A stretch of DNA of 55,411 nucleotides, taken from the NCBI GenBank assembly GCA_001918765.1, contig MNGO01000004.1:1-55411 (forward strand). The letters are read 5' to 3'. Positions 49,343-55,411 of this stretch are shown piece after piece. Both the position numbers and the translations under genes were made by a program. The first letter of the stretch is position 1. The number at the start of each line of letters is the position of its first letter. The notes under the pieces are model-generated. The model made no database searches, was not told where the DNA came from, and saw nothing but the letters and a program-made list of their open reading frames with translations. Source of the DNA: Crenarchaeota archaeon 13_1_40CM_3_52_10. Its GTDB lineage: Archaea; Thermoproteota; Bathyarchaeia; 40CM-2-53-6.

Positions 49343-49636
49343 TTGAAAAAGACGGCTAAGAAGAGCCCTCAGCTACTCAACGGTTTTCCCCACATTCCAT
49401 TCGACGAGTTTCCCCTGAAGAAGTCGGAAGACCTAGTTGTGGTACTCGAGAAGAACATGCCTGAGGGTGCGAAGGTGGAAGTTACACCGATGGACGACTC
49501 TCATCACTCCCCTTGCATGCAGGAGATGGTCGCAATAATGGTCCATAACATCGAGGAGGGAAAAGAAGCAGCTTCTGATATCTTCACCATCTACCAGTTC
49601 TGCCCATCATGCCACGTCGCCGTCAGAGTCCTGTAA
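49343..49636 (+). CDS. Small putative metal-binding protein
   Basis: 97 aa, HHSPC...M and FCPSC (HxxC/CxxC ligands); convergent with leuS. Confidence 0.65.
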   Translation: MKKTAKKSPQLLNGFPHIPFDEFPLKKSEDLVVVLEKNMPEGAKVEVTPMDDSHHSPCMQEMVAIMVHNIEEGKEAASDIFTIYQFCPSCHVAVRVL

Positions 49637-49642
49637 CCGGGA

Positions 49643-52564
49643 CTATTCTAGATAGATCGCGGGACGATAAGGTTCAGACATTCTAGCACGTCCCTTAGGA
49701 TCGTTTACGCTTTGATCTCCTTCTTTCCAAACATTGACTGAGCATTTGAATTCCCTTTGATAGAAGTCTACTGAGTCAGCGAAGATAGCGTTCTCGTCCG
49801 TGATCCCATCTCGCAAGCGTGCCTGTCTCATCTCGTCGGGCATCTGGTTTGCTTGTTGAATCGCCTTAGCAGCATAATCAGCAGCAGCCTTTCCTAGAGA
49901 TCGTAAATGAAGATCTCCCATAACGTCCTTGATAAAATCGCCCTGTCTCATCTTTTCCTCGGCGGCTTTCAATGCCTTCAGGTAGGCCTGCCATTTCCAA
50001 TCGGCCGCCGTGTAGTAGGCGATGCGCTTCGGGGTAATGCCTGTGGCTTTCAAGATCTCGCCAGTATCGTCCAGAACCTGTCGAATGAGCGCTTCTGCTC
50101 TGTCTGCCGCGGGACCTTTCTCGTTCTCGGTTTCTTCAGGCCAGTCCGCTTGGACGACGAATCCCTTGTTTCCGATACGGCTCCAGATCTCCTCAGCCGT
50201 ATGTGGCGCAAGTGGAGCCAACATTCTTGTTCTCGTTTCCAAGACATTTCGTAAGATTCGGCCGCGATTATCTGACTTGGTCTTCTTCAGCCCCAGCCTT
50301 CGGTTATACCAAGAAATGTCGTTATCGAGTTGGTAGAGAATGATGTTGATCGCCTCCCTGACTCTCAACCTGTCCAGCGCGTTTGTGGCAGTCTGGACTG
50401 CGTAATTCAAGCGGCTGATCATCCACCGATCGAGCATTGAGAGCTTCGACTTTCCGGCTGTTTTCTTCACGCCTAGTTTTCTCGCCTGTCCTATTAGACC
50501 TGCAAGCCTTTCTCCAATCGACGCGGCGAGCCCTTCACTGAAGTCCACGTCCTGCCCCAGTTCCGCCGTGGCCATGACTCCGACTCGGACCGGATCGGCA
50601 CCAAATTTGGCGATTCCCTGGCGAAGGGGTATGATGTTCTGGAGGGATTTTGACATCTTGCTTCCTTCCATCAGGACGAAACCGTTGGCCACAATTCCTC
50701 TTGGCCATTGTTTCTCAGGGAAGAGAGTCGAATGGTGAAAGATGTAGAATGATAGATGGTTAGAGACCAGCTCTCTCGCGGAGTGCCGCATGTCAACAGG
50801 GTAGAAGTACTGAAACTCGCTTCGGATCCCATTCAGGATTCTCTTGGGAATCCCGGTCTGCTTGGCAACCGAGTCAACGGTTCCTTCTCCGAGCAGTGTG
50901 AAGTTGAAGAAGGCGTCAGGTAACTTCGAGGTGTCTTTTTCGAATTTCTTGAAGACAACCCAGTCCTTGGTGAAGTACTTGGATAGTATGTAGTAGGCCA
51001 TGTAGACGACCGAGTCCGACAAGGCCTCTATAGTCCAGCTCTTGTCCCACGGAAGCTTTGTCCCTAATCCCACTGCGCGCGCGCATGCCCTTTCTCTCAA
51101 CCAGTCTATCGTGTAATTGAATTCTCCTCGCAGTTCTTCGGGTAGGATAGCCATCTGATCTAGGCATTTGTGAGCGAGCTTCTTCCATTCCGGGTCACCA
51201 TAGTTGATGAACCACTGATTCTCTAGAATGTGAACCAGGCATTTGGTTCCGCAGCGGCAGACGACAGGCGCGTTTCTCAGTTCCAGTAAGGTCTCAATTT
51301 TTCCCTCTTTTGCCAGTTCTTGGACGATGGTCTCCCTCGCCCTCGCGACGGGCATTCCCGAGTAGCTGCCTGTGTTTTGTTTCATTATGCCGTCGTGGAA
51401 TTCTTTCGAGTACAGTTCCTGGGTTGCGTGCTCAAGATGGGGATCGTTCTGGTCTTTGACCTTGAATTTCCCGATAAGATCGGCGGCCGGTAAATCGGAG
51501 AATCCCTCCAGCCTGATGATCGACACCGGTTCTACTCGTAGCATTATCTGCCCCTCCGGTGAATTGGCATATCTCTTCTTGAGATCGGTTAGTGCTTGGT
51601 AGTCGTATGGAGCATGTCCTGGAACGGACATCACAACGCCAGTGCCGTTGTCGGGTTCCACGAAGCTTCCAGGTAAGACCGGGATCTCATCGCCAGTGAC
51701 CGGGTTCCGGACAGTCTTCCACAGCAGCTCAACTACCTGGAATTCGCGTTCTACAGTGATTTTGCGATTCTGGTGTTGAAGTTTCTCGATCGCTTCTTGG
51801 CTGACGACCCAAGGCTCGCCGTCTACGATTGCTCTGACATAGGCGGCTTCTGGATTGATCCATAGGTTGGTGACACCGAATACAGTCTCGGGCCTCAGAG
51901 TCGAGGTCGGATAGACTACTCCGTTTTTCTGGAACTTGACCAAGTAGGACTCTCCAATATCCGGCTCCACATCACCCATCGTATCCACGACTCCTACCGG
52001 GCTCTTGTCGTTGGGACACCAAGCAACCGGATGTGTTCCCTTCGTGATCAAGCCCTTCTGATTCAGAGTCTGAAAGTGCCACTCGATGTAGCGGCTGTAG
52101 AGCGAGTCAATGGTCGTGAATTCTCGGCGCCAGTCGATAGAGAACCCGATCTTCATCATTCCTTTCCTGATGTCTTCGCGGAAGTAGGAAGCCATCGCCT
52201 TCGGGTCTTTGAGCTTCTCCAGCGTCGTTTCGGAGATACCGTAGATCTTGGTGAAGGTCTCAATGATCTCTGGGTCGCCATCTCGTAGGCGCTTGCTCAT
52301 GGCAAAGAGCGGCGTGCCTGTGTAGTGGAAACCCATTGGAAAGAGAGTGTTGTAGCCTTTCATCCGGTGATATCGGGCGTTAACGTCGGCGATGGTGTAT
52401 GTTCTCGCGTGACCGATATGCTGTGGAGAGTTGGGGTATGGGTATGCCGCTGTTACATAGTACTTGGGCTTACGAGGGTCCGGGTCCGTCTCGTGAATCT
52501 TGCGCCAGTTCCACTTCTTCTGCCACTTTCGCTCCAGGGCGTGCCAGTCAAGCTTGGCCGGCGT
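49643..52564 (-). CDS. leuS: Leucine-tRNA ligase (archaeal type), proposed ACG start
   Basis: The in-frame region upstream of 52363 encodes ERKWQKKW..YPYPNSPQHIGH; KMSKS and the CP1 domain are present. Confidence 0.97.
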   Translation of the reverse strand, partial: TPAKLDWHALERKWQKKWNWRKIHETDPDPRKPKYYVTAAYPYPNSPQHIGHARTYTIADVNARYHRMKGYNTLFPMGFHYTGTPLFAMSKRLRDGDPEIIETFTKIYGISETTLEKLKDPKAMASYFREDIRKGMMKIGFSIDWRREFTTIDSLYSRYIEWHFQTLNQKGLITKGTHPVAWCPNDKSPVGVVDTMGDVEPDIGESYLVKFQKNGVVYPTSTLRPETVFGVTNLWINPEAAYVRAIVDGEPWVVSQEAIEKLQHQNRKITVEREFQVVELLWKTVRNPVTGDEIPVLPGSFVEPDNGTGVVMSVPGHAPYDYQALTDLKKRYANSPEGQIMLRVEPVSIIRLEGFSDLPAADLIGKFKVKDQNDPHLEHATQELYSKEFHDGIMKQNTGSYSGMPVARARETIVQELAKEGKIETLLELRNAPVVCRCGTKCLVHILENQWFINYGDPEWKKLAHKCLDQMAILPEELRGEFNYTIDWLRERACARAVGLGTKLPWDKSWTIEALSDSVVYMAYYILSKYFTKDWVVFKKFEKDTSKLPDAFFNFTLLGEGTVDSVAKQTGIPKRILNGIRSEFQYFYPVDMRHSARELVSNHLSFYIFHHSTLFPEKQWPRGIVANGFVLMEGSKMSKSLQNIIPLRQGIAKFGADPVRVGVMATAELGQDVDFSEGLAASIGERLAGLIGQARKLGVKKTAGKSKLSMLDRWMISRLNYAVQTATNALDRLRVREAINIILYQLDNDISWYNRRLGLKKTKSDNRGRILRNVLETRTRMLAPLAPHTAEEIWSRIGNKGFVVQADWPEETENEKGPAADRAEALIRQVLDDTGEILKATGITPKRIAYYTAADWKWQAYLKALKAAEEKMRQGDFIKDVMGDLHLRSLGKAAADYAAKAIQQANQMPDEMRQARLRDGITDENAIFADSVDFYQREFKCSVNVWKEGDQSVNDPKGRARMSEPYRPAIYLE

Positions 52565-55340
52565 GGCTGATTCCCTCCGCTGGGACCGCTATTCTGAGCT
52601 GTCTGGTGACGATTTGTTCTACGATCTTCAACGCATCGTCTACTTTGTCTTTGGAGGATCCACCTCCCGTCGCGAAGAAGGGTCTACCTCCTCCGCCTCC
52701 ACCTAGAACTTTCGAGACTTCTGAGACGATCTGGCCTGCGTTGATACCCGCTTTGACCGCCTCATCGCCAGCCGCCGCCACTATCTGGACGCGCTCCGAT
52801 GCTTCGAAGATTATAGCGATCATGTTGGGGTCGGATGCTTTGAGCCGATTGGCGACCTCGACCATCTCGATACCTCTTCTCTTTGACGTCTTCACCAGTA
52901 CGAGTCTGACTGTTCCGAGACTGACTGCTTTCTTCCCAAGCTGTTTGACATAGGCGTCGGTAGTCTTCGCGTGGACCTTTTCGAGTTCTCTCTCTAAAGA
53001 GTCTCTCTCAGCCACAATTGCCTTGATAGACTCTGGAAGTCTTTCGGGTGTTGTTTTTAGGAGCTCGCTCGCCTTTGCAAGTGCTTCGCTCTGTTGACTA
53101 ATTCGTTTCAGCGCGGGTTCTCCCGCTGAGAAGATAATTCTCTCTACGCCGTCTTGCAGTTTGCTGGCTTTCTCGATCTTGAAAACTCCAAGTTCCCCGG
53201 TCCTCTTGCAATGGGTTCCACCGCAAGCTTCCGCGTCCCATCCCTGAATTCTCACTACACGGATCTTGGATCCAGGAACGGCTCCGCCCTGGTAGAGCCT
53301 GTACCCGTACTTCGCCTCTGCCTTCTCACGCGCCATCCATGCTACTTGGACCGGTAGATCGCGCAGGATGACTTGGTTGACAAGCCTCTCGATCCGTTCC
53401 TGCTCTTTCGGAGTAATCTCCCGGTAGTGCGTGATGTCTAGCCTGCTGGACTCCACTTCTTTCTGTGCGCCAGCTTGCCAGACGTGCTCGCCTAGGACGC
53501 GACGAGCAGCTCCGATTAGCGCGTGAGTGCCGGTGTGGTGACGCATCAAGTTCAGGCGCCGCTGCCAATCGATCTCGGCCTCAACCAGATCGGTTTCTTG
53601 AATGATAGGCTGGTCTAGGAAGTGAACGATGACGTTTCCTCTTTTCTGGACGTCTGTGACTTTCAGCTTCTTGTCGTTGGTTCGCAGCTCGCCGTGGTCG
53701 CTGGGCTGGCCTCCTCCCTCAGGGTAGAAGCATGTCTGGTCTAGCACGACAGCGTTTTCCGTGACTCTTGCTAGTATCTTCGCTTGGAAGCTGGTCTTGT
53801 AGGCATCATCATAGTAGAGTGCTCTTGTAGCTGGAAGATCCTTTAGCTTCGGTTCCCATTCAGGCTGGGCTGAGGATTCCCCAAGCCCAGTGGTCGGCTT
53901 CGAATGTCTCTCCGCGACCAGCGTCAAGAAGTTTTCAGGAACGTCGACCTCTACTCCGACTTTCTCCGCGCTCTCCTTAACGATCTCCGGAGCCAGACCT
54001 TGAGAATCGTACAGCAGAACGAGTTGGTCGATCGGAATCTTTCGAATGCCTTGGCTCGAGAGTTCCTTTGAAAGTCGGAGGACTGCATCTGAGCCCTTGT
54101 TGATCGTCTCCTCGTACTTCTCTACCTCAATCTGTAATCCGTCCAGTATCTCTCCCTTCATATCCCGAAGGAGATGGAATTCTCCGCCCCACAACTTGAC
54201 CTGTCCCTCGATAATGCCGGGAAGCTCCTGAAGGATTCCCAGTTGTCGCGCTAGCCTCGCTGCTCGTCGGATGATTAGTCGGGTAAGGTACCCCTCTCCA
54301 ACATTGGACGGAACGACACCTTCGGCCAATAGGAAGGAAATCGCCTTTGTGTGGTCGGTTATTGCAAATGCGGCTTCTAGTGTCTGGACGATGGCGCGAA
54401 ACGCTTCCTTGTCGCGACCAGTCTCCAGCGCCGTCGCTTCGATGTAGGCATCCCTGGAAGCTCGACTGGAGGCCCCGTAGATTCCTGCCGCTCTCGTAAG
54501 TGATGATAATGTGTTTTCGTCGAGGTCAACCTTCGCTAGATCCATGACCTGTTTGAGCAGGGGCCCGTATACGGCATGGAATCCACTAGGTGAGCCTTGA
54601 GACAACCACGCCCATCTCTCCATCCCATAGCCCGTGTCAACCGTCCTGATTGGCAGAGGGGTGAGTTCTTCTCCTTGTACCTTGTACTGCATGAAGACAA
54701 GCGTCGATATTTCCAGTCCTGCGACTATTCCCTCGAGGTCTGGACCAGCGTTGCCTCCCCCTGACCAGAAGTGTTCTTTGTAAGTGATCGATCCAGAGGG
54801 GACTCCCATCACATCGGTTAGGAGTTTGTGGTGGTAGCGGACTGTATCGTCTTTCCAGTAGATCTCCTTGTCTGGATAGTTGAACGCGTGTGCTCCGCCC
54901 ATTTCGAAGATGGACATGTGTCGGCCCGCAGCACCAACTTGCTCGATGTCTGTAAACCGAATGCAGGGTTGGCTGATCACGAGTGGGTTTGCAGGCGGGG
55001 GCATCGTTCCCTCTGTTACGTAAGGTTGGAAATCGTAGATCGATGCACCTACAAGGTATACGTCGTTACGCCAGCGAGCCACGATCGGATATGGCTTGAT
55101 CCTAGTGTGTCCTCGTTCGGCGAAATAGTCCATGAACTGAATACGCATCTCCGCCAGGCTGAATGCTCGCTTCGTCGGAGGGGTTCCTATGAACGAGTAA
55201 GGCGCACATGGGACCTCGCCGCATGTCGTCTGTTCTGGAACCGCCCAGTAATTGCTTCTGCAGGATGGACATTTTCTCCGAATGAAGCCTAGTTCCTGGA
55301 AGTACAGTAGCGCAAATTCTTGTTCGTTTATCTCTGGCGT
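52548..55340 (-). CDS. alaS: Alanine-tRNA ligase (archaeal type), proposed ACG start
   Basis: The in-frame region upstream of 55148 encodes the archaeal N-terminal RKCPSC..YW..TCGEVPC..YSFIG; ARWR, GYGMER, HHTGTH, CGGTH, GGGGG follow. Confidence 0.97.
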   Translation of the reverse strand, partial: TPEINEQEFALLYFQELGFIRRKCPSCRSNYWAVPEQTTCGEVPCAPYSFIGTPPTKRAFSLAEMRIQFMDYFAERGHTRIKPYPIVARWRNDVYLVGASIYDFQPYVTEGTMPPPANPLVISQPCIRFTDIEQVGAAGRHMSIFEMGGAHAFNYPDKEIYWKDDTVRYHHKLLTDVMGVPSGSITYKEHFWSGGGNAGPDLEGIVAGLEISTLVFMQYKVQGEELTPLPIRTVDTGYGMERWAWLSQGSPSGFHAVYGPLLKQVMDLAKVDLDENTLSSLTRAAGIYGASSRASRDAYIEATALETGRDKEAFRAIVQTLEAAFAITDHTKAISFLLAEGVVPSNVGEGYLTRLIIRRAARLARQLGILQELPGIIEGQVKLWGGEFHLLRDMKGEILDGLQIEVEKYEETINKGSDAVLRLSKELSSQGIRKIPIDQLVLLYDSQGLAPEIVKESAEKVGVEVDVPENFLTLVAERHSKPTTGLGESSAQPEWEPKLKDLPATRALYYDDAYKTSFQAKILARVTENAVVLDQTCFYPEGGGQPSDHGELRTNDKKLKVTDVQKRGNVIVHFLDQPIIQETDLVEAEIDWQRRLNLMRHHTGTHALIGAARRVLGEHVWQAGAQKEVESSRLDITHYREITPKEQERIERLVNQVILRDLPVQVAWMAREKAEAKYGYRLYQGGAVPGSKIRVVRIQGWDAEACGGTHCKRTGELGVFKIEKASKLQDGVERIIFSAGEPALKRISQQSEALAKASELLKTTPERLPESIKAIVAERDSLERELEKVHAKTTDAYVKQLGKKAVSLGTVRLVLVKTSKRRGIEMVEVANRLKASDPNMIAIIFEASERVQIVAAAGDEAVKAGINAGQIVSEVSKVLGGGGGGRPFFATGGGSSKDKVDDALKIVEQIVTRQLRIAVPAEGISHAGQA
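52574..52578 (-). promoter_or_regulatory. Shine-Dalgarno GGAGG 9 nt before the leuS ACG
   Basis: Minus strand reads GCGGAGG GAATCAGCC ACG CCG. Confidence 0.6.
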
Positions 55341-55350
55341 CTATCGTATC

Positions 55351-55355
55351 CCTCC
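55351..55355 (-). promoter_or_regulatory. Shine-Dalgarno GGAGG 10 nt before the alaS ACG
   Basis: Minus strand reads GTGGAGG GATACGATAG ACG CCA. Confidence 0.6.
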
Positions 55356-55411
55356 ACGATTGCTCTGGAAACAGATAGGACTGAATGGGGAATTGCTTTA
55401 GAGGGTTGTGG

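Noticed and set aside
52545..52553. Programmed +1 frameshift at GCT-TGA-C making an AlaRS-LeuRS fusion
   Set aside because: GCU to CUU re-pairing is poor, and it would not explain the matching ACG at alaS; not formally excluded.

Overview
Archaeal chromosomal segment, mostly housekeeping genes. The eukaryote-type topoisomerase IB, Gins23-MCM, aIF5A/deoxyhypusine synthase, Nob1, SRP54, archaeal AlaRS/LeuRS, multi-intron tRNA and many TTG starts point to a TACK archaeon, most likely Bathyarchaeia (inference). Order: hel308-mcm-gins23 divergent from rfcS-rfcL; purB/asnB-like; tRNA-Pro; two ABC systems; nob1-nadK divergent from aIF5A-dys-srp54; accessory genes, three frameshifted; Hef-type helicase; TopoIB; metabolic genes; alaS-leuS. 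Strongest signals missing from the ORF track: (1) both alaS and leuS lack an in-frame ATG/GTG/TTG ahead of their conserved N-termini, and each has GGAGG followed 9-10 nt later by ACG-CCR; the Hef-type helicase also needs a near-cognate start (CTG/ATT). (2) A tRNA-Pro(GGG) has three BHB introns, all at non-canonical positions. (3) A diverged ~230 bp element occurs twice in intergenic gaps. (4) An intein starts in Hel308 at ATPTL|C. No CRISPR array, rRNA, integrase or transposase was seen. All family calls come from motif recognition, not database searches.
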